The translations under genes were made by a program, and so were the position numbers. The notes beneath the pieces are model-generated. The model saw only the letters and a program-made list of their open reading frames with translations. It was not told the DNA's origin and ran no database searches. A stretch of 64,000 nt of DNA, taken from NCBI GenBank assembly GCA_017468365.1, contig JAFUIS010000019.1:11009-75008 (forward strand). Direction: 5' to 3'. This document shows positions 19,191-25,566 of this stretch, piece by piece (position 1 is the stretch's first letter; each line of letters starts with the position of its first letter). Source of the DNA: Oscillospiraceae bacterium. Lineage in GTDB: Bacteria > Bacillota > Clostridia > Oscillospirales > Ruminococcaceae.

Positions 19191-19775
19191 ATGGACATTA
19201 AAAATATGCTGAACGTTGTTTTGAAAAACAGGATACTGATTTTTTGCTGTGCGGTGCTCATTGGAGGAAATGTTTTCGGAACGTGCGTGCTCAAAATTCT
19301 TCCGACTGAAGTTTGCAAAAATCTTTTCATTATAATTTCGCATAACGAAGGTGGTTTTATAAGCGAATTCATGAACAGATTCTGTTTTCCGGCAATAATT
19401 ATAACTGCGGTTTATTTTGCCGGATTCAGCATTTTCGGAAGATTTTCGGCACTCTTTTCAGTGTTTACATATGGAATTTATTATTCGTTTATAAATGGGA
19501 TAAATTATATGTTTTGCGGTGCGGAATATTTTGTAAAAAACGTGATTTCATATTTCAGTTTGCTTCTTTATTTCGGATTTTTTCTTATTCTTATGTCTGA
19601 AAATGCATTTTATTCGTCAAAAATATTATCGGATTCCGTAAAAATACAAAATGTCGAAAAACCGCATTTTAAAGCCAAAAACTTAACTGTAAAGTATATT
19701 AGTTTTACAGTGATTTTTGCGGTTTTTTCAGCATTTTCTTCTTATATTTCAATTATTCTTCAGCCGGTTCTTTAG
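19191..19775 (+). CDS. polytopic membrane protein, possibly SpoIIM-like
   Basis: Start at MDIKNML; ~5 hydrophobic segments in 194 aa. The SpoIIM idea rests only on size, topology and adjacency to a Xer-type gene. Confidence 0.35.
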   Translation: MDIKNMLNVVLKNRILIFCCAVLIGGNVFGTCVLKILPTEVCKNLFIIISHNEGGFISEFMNRFCFPAIIITAVYFAGFSIFGRFSALFSVFTYGIYYSFINGINYMFCGAEYFVKNVISYFSLLLYFGFFLILMSENAFYSSKILSDSVKIQNVEKPHFKAKNLTVKYISFTVIFAVFSAFSSYISIILQPVL

Positions 19776-20763
19776 GTTTTCTTTTGGGCGGCTTAACGTT
19801 TTTGAGGGGAGATTTGTTGGAAGCATCTTCGATTTGTTTGTTGCTTACATGGGTGTAAATTTCTGTGGTCGAAAGACTTTCGTGACCCAAAAGTTCTTTG
19901 AGCACGCGGATATCGACTCCGGCGTCCTGATAAAGTAAAGTCGCGGCAGTATGGCGAAGTTTATGAGGCGAAATTCCCATTCCGTCAAGCCCGGCTTCTT
20001 TCAGACAATGTTCCACGATTTGTTCCACACCTCGGGTGCTTATCCTTTTGCCGAAACGGTTCAAAAAAAGCGCGTTTTTATCGACTCTTTTGACTTTTTC
20101 GCCGGAATTGAGCACCGAAAGATAGCTTTCAATGGCATTCAGGCAGGAATTATTGAGATAAACAATGCGTTCTTTGTTGCCTTTACCAAGAAGTTTAAGC
20201 TGATTATCGCGTATATCATGAACATTGATTCCGCAAAGTTCCGAAACACGCATTCCACAGTTCAAAAACAGCGTAATTATGCAAAAATCTCGCTCTGTAA
20301 AGTTGGTTTCAACATGTGAAAGCAGTTCAAGCGACTGTTCAAGCGTAAGATATTTTGGAAGTGCTTTTTTAAGCTTTGGAGTTTCCAGATTGAGCATCGG
20401 GTTTTCCGAAAGCTTTCCGCTGGATACCGTAAGATATTTATAAAAGGATCTTATTGCGGAAACTTTTCTCGAACGCGCTTTGGCATCATTGTCATGGTTG
20501 CGCTGAAATTCCGAAAGAAATCTCATAGCATCGGTTCTTGTGGCGTTTTTTATCAAATCGAATGTTGCCGAACGTATTTTGATATCCTTATAATCAACGT
20601 CATCGGAAACCAGTCCGTTATCGATCATAAGAAATCTTATGAACGATCTTAAGTCAACGTAATAACCGTCGACGGTTCTGGGAGAGCGTCCTTTGATGGT
20701 TTCCATATAGAACAGAAAATCCTGAAGGAACTCCGGACAATCGTTAAGATGGTCTTTATTCAT
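19753..20763 (-). CDS. tyrosine site-specific recombinase, XerC/XerD family, with Lys/Pro-rich C-terminal tail
   Basis: 336 aa; SAM-like N-domain; catalytic signatures GMRVSEL, HKLRHTAAT, LLGHESLSTTEIYTH; tail KNVKPPKRKPKEPAEE; ATG 26 nt from the palindromic site. Confidence 0.9.
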   Translation of the reverse strand: MNKDHLNDCPEFLQDFLFYMETIKGRSPRTVDGYYVDLRSFIRFLMIDNGLVSDDVDYKDIKIRSATFDLIKNATRTDAMRFLSEFQRNHDNDAKARSRKVSAIRSFYKYLTVSSGKLSENPMLNLETPKLKKALPKYLTLEQSLELLSHVETNFTERDFCIITLFLNCGMRVSELCGINVHDIRDNQLKLLGKGNKERIVYLNNSCLNAIESYLSVLNSGEKVKRVDKNALFLNRFGKRISTRGVEQIVEHCLKEAGLDGMGISPHKLRHTAATLLYQDAGVDIRVLKELLGHESLSTTEIYTHVSNKQIEDASNKSPLKNVKPPKRKPKEPAEE

Positions 20764-20789
20764 AAAAATCCTCCTTTTCTTCTCCCCTT

Positions 20790-20819
20790 AACTTCGCTAA
20801 ATTTCTATTTAGCGAAATT
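20790..20819 (+). repeat. attL: dif-like recombination site
   Basis: AACTTCGCTAAA-TTTCTA-TTTAGCGAAATT; arms are inverted repeats with one mismatch; shares a 15-nt identical block with attR. Confidence 0.8.
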
Positions 20820-20849
20820 GACACTTACGTTTTAAGGGGGTACACTCGT

Positions 20850-22148
20850 ATGAAAAAATTTGTTGCTTTGGCTTTGTCTTTGGTGCTTGTTTTTTCTATG
20901 GGTGTACCCTCTTTTGGTGCAACATCTGTTTCTATTGATGAATCCGGTGTTTTTGCTCCGGATAAATCTAACACAAATTACTCTACAAATACTGTTTTTA
21001 CGAATTTAAACATTCTTGAAGCGATTCGCGTTCTTGCGGATAGTTCTGCTTATGATATTCATCAGCTTAAAGTTCTTTTTTCTACTGGCTCTTATAAAAC
21101 CGTTGCTGACGCATTAAATCTTTATTTTAGTGGTGCAGTCGCTGATGTTAATTCCTATGGTAACGGTAATCTTGGCGATATGATGAGCACTTTTGCTTAT
21201 TTGGGTAGAGAGATTCAAGGAATGAATTATTTTACTCCCTACTCCGGTGGCGAAGCAACTTCTCTTGATGAAGCATTAAACAAGAATCTTTTATATATTC
21301 AAAATCAGCTTCGAGTTATTTCGGACAGTATGGGTGCAACTTCTGCAAGTTCCGGTTTAATGTCCGGTTGGACTTTGTCCGGTGTTCCCTCTCCAGAGGG
21401 CTACGATTCTTCTTGGTATCGTCGTATTTTGATGAATCTTTATTCTTTCCGTCTTGACTTTGCACGTCTTTACGACGGAACTTGGGCGGATTCTACTAAT
21501 TATGCTGATAGTTTCTTTTATCAAACATATTTACAAAATAAAATTCAATCTGATAATGTAGAAGGCCTTTTAAATGGTTGGTCTGCTACATCTACTGCGT
21601 ATCCGGACGGATATGAAAACTCTTGGTATCGTGCTATTAATCAAAGATTATATGCTTTTCAAAGTTCTTGGGTTAATATAATGAATCAAGTTATGATTCC
21701 ACGTGTAAATTCTATTCAAAGTCATCTCTTTGATATCTTAGATGATACTGATATGTTGCAACAAGTTCTTGCCGATGAAGATGACCTTGCGATGAAAGAT
21801 TCTCTTGCATCTTCAAAAACCGAAGTTGTTGACTTTGTCGGAAATGGTATTACTTCCTCGAATGGTTCTTCCTTTTCGCTTATGTCCGGTATAACTGACG
21901 GAATCGGCTTTGCTACTGATTTCAATGAGTTTTTTTCAATGCCTGATATCGGTTTAGGTGATATATTTAAAGTATTTGATAATACTTCGGAATCCCTTTC
22001 GTGGTTTACGGAAGAAACTGCTTCAAATATAGATACCGTTCCGGCTACATATTCGAGAGAATCGAATCCGCAGACGGAAATTGTCACTTCGTATTATGAG
22101 GATAGAAAATCCGAATTCAACGATATGTGGGGTGATATAGTTGGTTGA
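20850..22148 (+). CDS. secreted phage protein with internal duplicated module (candidate adsorption or host-recognition protein)
   Basis: Signal peptide MKKFVALALSLVLVFSMGVPSFGA; repeated GW..S..P(E/D)GY(D/E)xSWYR..(N/L)..LY.F module. Confidence 0.6.
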   Translation: MKKFVALALSLVLVFSMGVPSFGATSVSIDESGVFAPDKSNTNYSTNTVFTNLNILEAIRVLADSSAYDIHQLKVLFSTGSYKTVADALNLYFSGAVADVNSYGNGNLGDMMSTFAYLGREIQGMNYFTPYSGGEATSLDEALNKNLLYIQNQLRVISDSMGATSASSGLMSGWTLSGVPSPEGYDSSWYRRILMNLYSFRLDFARLYDGTWADSTNYADSFFYQTYLQNKIQSDNVEGLLNGWSATSTAYPDGYENSWYRAINQRLYAFQSSWVNIMNQVMIPRVNSIQSHLFDILDDTDMLQQVLADEDDLAMKDSLASSKTEVVDFVGNGITSSNGSSFSLMSGITDGIGFATDFNEFFSMPDIGLGDIFKVFDNTSESLSWFTEETASNIDTVPATYSRESNPQTEIVTSYYEDRKSEFNDMWGDIVG

Positions 22149-22287
22149 CCCTATAATCAATGCTGTTGAAGTTTTTCTCGTTTTTTATGAGAATCTCCCT
22201 CAACCGATTATTGCTTTGTTTAATCTTGTTTTGTTTCTTATGGTGATTTTCTACATTATAAGAACAGTAGAAAAGGCGGGTTCGTGA
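22141..22287 (+). CDS. small hydrophobic phage protein (48 aa, TTG start; minor coat candidate)
   Basis: Hand-translated; GGGGTG RBS; one TM (IIALFNLVLFLMVIFYII); overlaps neighbours at both ends. Confidence 0.35.
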   Translation: MVDPIINAVEVFLVFYENLPQPIIALFNLVLFLMVIFYIIRTVEKAGS

Positions 22288-22430
22288 TGTTGTTTAATAT
22301 TTTTGATATTCTTTTCGGTCTTTTTCCTGCTTGGTTTGCTACATTTTTGATTATTGCTTTTTTTGTTACGGTTATAGTCTTGCTTATTCGTCTTGTTGTT
22401 TGGATTATTGAAATTATTCCCGGATTCTAA
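22287..22430 (+). CDS. small hydrophobic phage protein (47 aa)
   Basis: ATG overlaps the previous stop (TGATG); MLFNIFDILFGLFPAWFATFLIIAFFVTVIVLLIRLVVWIIEIIPGF. Confidence 0.5.
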   Translation: MLFNIFDILFGLFPAWFATFLIIAFFVTVIVLLIRLVVWIIEIIPGF

Positions 22431-22442
22431 AGGGGTGATTAT

Positions 22443-22634
22443 ATGACCGCTGACGGTCTTTCATTCATACAATGGTTTTTTCCTGCTATGTGGTCTTTTT
22501 TTACAAGTTGGCATATTCCCGGAACTGGTGTCAGCCCTGCCGGGTGGCTCTTGTTCTTGCTTCTTGCAGGAATTGTTTTGAAAATTGTATTTCATATTCT
22601 ACACTCCGGTTGGCTTTCCGGTGGAGGTAATTAA
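22443..22634 (+). CDS. small membrane phage protein (63 aa)
   Basis: Two hydrophobic segments; GGGG RBS; stop abuts the next ATG. Confidence 0.55.
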   Translation: MTADGLSFIQWFFPAMWSFFTSWHIPGTGVSPAGWLLFLLLAGIVLKIVFHILHSGWLSGGGN

Positions 22635-23228
22635 ATGAAGATTATATGTGTTTTGCTTTCAATCGTCTTTCTCTTTTCCTTTTCGGTAACAGCTTTCGCC
22701 GAAGTTGCATTGGACGAACTCGGCGAAGTTGTTCCGGTTGAAGATAGTACCCAGAGCGAAGAATCTGGCGAAGCTACTTCCGGAAATGAGTATCTCGATA
22801 TGGTTTTAAATAATATGCAGAATGATATTGACGATTTACAGTCTGATGTTGAGGTGCTTCAAGATGATGTATCTGCGATTTCTGAATCAGATGTTGTATC
22901 TGATTCGACAGTTGAAAATTCTACTTCCGAAGAACCGGAAGAAATCAACCCGGAATTAGGTATTGATGAAAGTACGCCAACGGCTGTAAATGTTTATGCT
23001 TTAAATCCGATAACTCCGGAAGATACAACGGGTTTGAAGTCCGTTCTTCTTTCTCTTATCGGTGATTATGACGCTATTGTAGTTGAATACGAATACACGG
23101 GTAGTAATAGCTATACAAACTATCTTCGTGAAGTTCAACCGGATTATGTTTGGTTGTGCTCTGCTGCAATATTCCTTGTTATAATCTATTCTGTGTTTAG
23201 GCTTGGGGGTGCTCTGTTCCGTGGATAA
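22635..23228 (+). CDS. acidic secreted phage protein with C-terminal membrane anchor (pIII-like minor coat candidate)
   Basis: Signal peptide MKIICVLLSIVFLFSFSVTAFA, D/E/S-rich middle, C-terminal TM VWLCSAAIFLVIIYSVF plus basic end. Confidence 0.55.
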   Translation: MKIICVLLSIVFLFSFSVTAFAEVALDELGEVVPVEDSTQSEESGEATSGNEYLDMVLNNMQNDIDDLQSDVEVLQDDVSAISESDVVSDSTVENSTSEEPEEINPELGIDESTPTAVNVYALNPITPEDTTGLKSVLLSLIGDYDAIVVEYEYTGSNSYTNYLREVQPDYVWLCSAAIFLVIIYSVFRLGGALFRG

Positions 23229-23229
23229 T

Positions 23230-23364
23230 ATGCAAGCTTTTGCCCTTTGGCTTTTGGAAGAAATTCCGAATTTTCTCTTGTCTGAACCGATATGTTACTT
23301 TGTCGGTATCGCTATTTTGTTCTTGGTAATAAAGCTGTTCGGCTCTATTATAAAAATTCATTAA
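23230..23364 (+). CDS. small hydrophobic phage protein (44 aa)
   Basis: Hand-translated MQAFALWLLEEIPNFLLSEPICYFVGIAILFLVIKLFGSIIKIH; starts 1 nt after the previous stop. Confidence 0.5.
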   Translation: MQAFALWLLEEIPNFLLSEPICYFVGIAILFLVIKLFGSIIKIH

Positions 23365-23379
23365 AAGGAGTTTTAATTT

Positions 23380-23559
23380 ATGGAAGGAAGTGTAACTGTG
23401 GCAACTATTCTCGAATCTGCAGGACTTATCGTCACCGAGGCTCTCTCTTGGCTCACCGAAACCGTTACCACCGTCGTAGGCTCTCCGCTTCTTCTTATGT
23501 TCGTAATCCTCGGACTTGTCGGAACTGGCGTCGGTCTTATGCGTAGAATCATTGGCTGA
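23380..23559 (+). CDS. major coat protein candidate (pVIII-like, 59 aa)
   Basis: AAGGAG RBS; amphipathic acidic N-part, TM PLLLMFVILGLVGTGVGL, basic C-end MRRIIG; strong terminator follows, as after gene VIII in Ff phages. Confidence 0.7.
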   Translation: MEGSVTVATILESAGLIVTEALSWLTETVTTVVGSPLLLMFVILGLVGTGVGLMRRIIG

Positions 23560-23569
23560 TGATTCCGTG

Positions 23570-23607
23570 GGGAGTGCACACGCTTTGCGTGATCGCACTC
23601 CCTTTTT
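23570..23607 (+). terminator. strong terminator after the coat gene
   Basis: GGGAGTGC ... GCACTCCC with nested CACGC/GCGTG pairing, then TTTTT. Confidence 0.8.
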
Positions 23608-23637
23608 CGCTATTTTGTATTTAGGTGGTGCACACTT

Positions 23638-24360
23638 TTGTATATTGTCTTTTTTCTACTTCTGTTTTTTGGCACAATATTTGCCGTTCTTGCTTATCGT
23701 TTCCGTAATCCTTTCAAGCTGTATTATATTTTCGGAAAAAAGGGCTCGGGAAAATCTCTGTTTATGGTTAAGTTTATGTTGAGGTATCTTCGTAAAGGTT
23801 GGACGGTTTACACCGATATTTCCGATGTAAATATTCCCGGTGTTCGTCTTATCAATGCGAAAGACCTCGACACTTTCCGTCCGGAAGAAAATTCCGTTAT
23901 ATTTCTTGATGAAGTCGGAATTACTTTCGATAATCGTAAATTCAAAACATTCACGGACGGTATGCGTGATTATTTCAAGTTTCAGCGTAAATATAAATGC
24001 GTTGTTTATATGAACTCCCAAAGCTTTGATGTTGATAAAAAAATTCGTGACCTTATAGACCGTTTTTACCTCGCAACAAGCCTTGGTAATGTTATTTCAA
24101 TATACCGACCTATAAATCGTAAGGTTGCCCTCGTAGAAGCTTCTGCGCAGGGTGAGAGCCGTGTTGCTGATAACCTTGTATTTGCTCCGATATGGGAATG
24201 GAAATTCATCTTTATGCCGAACTATTTCAAATGGTTCGACAGCTTCGAAGCTCCATACCGTGAACTTATCCCATTCAAAGAAATCCCCGGTAAACTTCCG
24301 AAAGACCCTACACCGAAGCAGGCTCTAAAATTGATTCATAAAGGACTGAAAAAGAAATGA
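23638..24360 (+). CDS. Zot/pI-like P-loop morphogenesis ATPase
   Basis: TTG start after GGTGG; Walker A GKKGSGKS, Walker B VIFLDEVG, then QRKYKCVVYMNSQSFDVDKKIRDLI resembling the Zot-family core. Confidence 0.75.
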   Translation: MYIVFFLLLFFGTIFAVLAYRFRNPFKLYYIFGKKGSGKSLFMVKFMLRYLRKGWTVYTDISDVNIPGVRLINAKDLDTFRPEENSVIFLDEVGITFDNRKFKTFTDGMRDYFKFQRKYKCVVYMNSQSFDVDKKIRDLIDRFYLATSLGNVISIYRPINRKVALVEASAQGESRVADNLVFAPIWEWKFIFMPNYFKWFDSFEAPYRELIPFKEIPGKLPKDPTPKQALKLIHKGLKKK

Positions 24361-24539
24361 TTAAACTATGGCTTGGAAATAAACTCCGCTTTCTCTCGCA
24401 CCTTGGAATGTTCCTCTGTGGCTTGTGCTCGCTCATTGCACCGTGGTATATTGCGCTTGTAATCTTCGTGCTTGCTTTCGTACTCGACTATGTCGCATTT
24501 TCTGCGGTAGCGCAGTATTTTACAACCGATGAGGGGTAA
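24357..24539 (+). CDS. small two-TM phage protein coupled to the ATPase gene
   Basis: ATGA overlap with the Zot-like gene; 60 aa, hydrophobic. Confidence 0.55.
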   Translation: MIKLWLGNKLRFLSHLGMFLCGLCSLIAPWYIALVIFVLAFVLDYVAFSAVAQYFTTDEG

Positions 24540-24564
24540 AGGGGGCTTTGCCCTCTTTATTCGC

Positions 24565-24638
24565 CTTTGAGCGCCGTGCTCAAAGTTCCGTGCTTGTCAT
24601 ATGCTCAACACATATCCCGTGCTCAAGCTGTGCGTGCT
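24565..24638 (+). repeat. hairpin plus iteron-like CCGTGCT repeats in the phage noncoding region
   Basis: CTTTGAGC-gccgt-GCTCAAAG (24565-24585); CCGTGCT at 24574, 24588 and 24617; GCGTGCT at 24632. Confidence 0.6.
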
Positions 24639-24660
24639 GTTACCTTATTCAGCATAAAAA

Positions 24661-24700
24661 GGCAGGATCACCGCCATAAATATGGCGGTGCCTGCCTTTT
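24661..24700. terminator. bidirectional terminator between the phage structural module and the RHH gene
   Basis: GGCAGG-at-CACCGCCATA-aa-TATGGCGGTG-CCTGCC flanked by A5 and T4. Confidence 0.85.
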
Positions 24701-24701
24701 C

Positions 24702-24842
24702 TTATTCTTGTTCCTCAAGATACTTTTTGATAATTTGTGCTATTAAATTAGATACGCTTCTGCCCTCTTTCTGTACCTGCTCTTTTAACTTCTCTGTAAT
24801 TTCGTCATCTAAAAATGTTGATATTCTGTTTTTGTCCGTCAT
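24702..24842 (-). CDS. ribbon-helix-helix (CopG/Arc-like) repressor, 46 aa
   Basis: Start at MTDKNRISTFLDDEITEKLKEQVQKEGRSVSNLIAQIIKKYLEEQE; RHH pattern (beta strand RISTFLD plus two helices); the only minus-strand gene in the element. Confidence 0.7.
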   Translation of the reverse strand: MTDKNRISTFLDDEITEKLKEQVQKEGRSVSNLIAQIIKKYLEEQE

Positions 24843-24879
24843 ATAAATGTTCCTTTCTTGCTGAATTTGCAAATTTCGG

Positions 24880-24908
24880 TTGACTTGGTGGTACAACCGT
24901 AGTACAAT
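24880..24908 (+). promoter_or_regulatory. candidate promoter of the phage replication module
   Basis: TTGACT, 17-nt spacer, TACAAT. Confidence 0.55.
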
Positions 24909-24914
24909 GCAGTT

Positions 24915-24940
24915 GTTCAAAAGTTGTCCTACTTTTGAAC
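24915..24940. promoter_or_regulatory. operator-like perfect inverted repeat in the divergent promoter region
   Basis: GTTCAAAAGT-tgtcct-ACTTTTGAAC, just downstream of the -10 element. Confidence 0.55.
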
Positions 24941-25033
24941 CCTCATATTATAGCCTGGGGAGTTGTGACCGGAGAATCCCTCTCCCCTCGCCACCTTATG
25001 AGGAAATAAAACTTGACGAAATGAGGTAAAATT

Positions 25034-25288
25034 ATGGACAGAAAGATTACTATCGTTGGTATTGAAGAATACGACTTCAAAACTCGTGAGAATGAAACTC
25101 TCGAAATGGCAAACATTCACTATCAGTATCAGAATCAGCGAGTTGAAGGCATAGCCTGCGGTCGTGTGACTGTATCTAAAAAAATGCTTGACCGTTATAA
25201 TATTCAGCTTAATGCAGAATATATCGGAGCGTTTTATCTTGACGCTAATAAACGCGAAAAACTTGCGGCACTTTTCGAGGAGGCTTGA
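25034..25288 (+). CDS. phage protein, 84 aa (position and size compatible with an ssDNA-binding pV-like protein; unproven)
   Basis: GAGG RBS; first gene of the replication module. Confidence 0.4.
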   Translation: MDRKITIVGIEEYDFKTRENETLEMANIHYQYQNQRVEGIACGRVTVSKKMLDRYNIQLNAEYIGAFYLDANKREKLAALFEEA

Positions 25289-25290
25289 AA

Positions 25291-25497
25291 GTGATTACTA
25301 CTTATGATTCCCTTCATACTATGAACGATAATATTTATGATGTTATTTACGATTCTGAACGTAAAGCCTTTGGTGTTATCGTAGCTTGGGACGATTTCAC
25401 CTGTGAACCACAGATTAAATATTGTGATTCTCTCGATAATGCAAAGCGCCTTGCTATTGGCTTTGTAATTGCTGAAAATAATATTTTTAATTTTTAA
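25291..25497 (+). CDS. phage hypothetical protein (~68 aa)
   Basis: GTG 25291 lies 8 nt after GAGGAGG; the track's TTG at 25285 is the alternative start. Confidence 0.45.
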   Translation: MITTYDSLHTMNDNIYDVIYDSERKAFGVIVAWDDFTCEPQIKYCDSLDNAKRLAIGFVIAENNIFNF

Positions 25498-25526
25498 TCC
25501 GCACGGACTACGAGAATGTGCGGATT
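25496..25526 (+). promoter_or_regulatory. candidate rolling-circle double-strand origin hairpin with nick-site-like loop
   Basis: AATCCGCAC-ggACTACGAgaat-GTGCGGATT, 40 nt upstream of rep. Confidence 0.6.
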
Positions 25527-25566
25527 GTAGCATGTAGCAAAATTAAATAAATTGAGGTTTTGATTT

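Noticed and set aside
19753-20763. Possibility that the tyrosine recombinase is the phage's own integrase
   Set aside because: The gene lies outside both att repeats, and I saw no third att-like copy to its left in the intergenic regions I read. The reconstructed attB is a perfect palindrome abutting it, which fits a host site better. This is not fully excluded; see the findings for the test.
20784-20839. Outer 8-bp inverted repeat CCCCTTAA/TTAAGGGG bracketing attL, considered as an extra recombination or cruciform element
   Set aside because: The right copy coincides with the GGGGG RBS of the first phage gene, and attR has no counterpart. It is probably fortuitous, so it is mentioned only as a side note.
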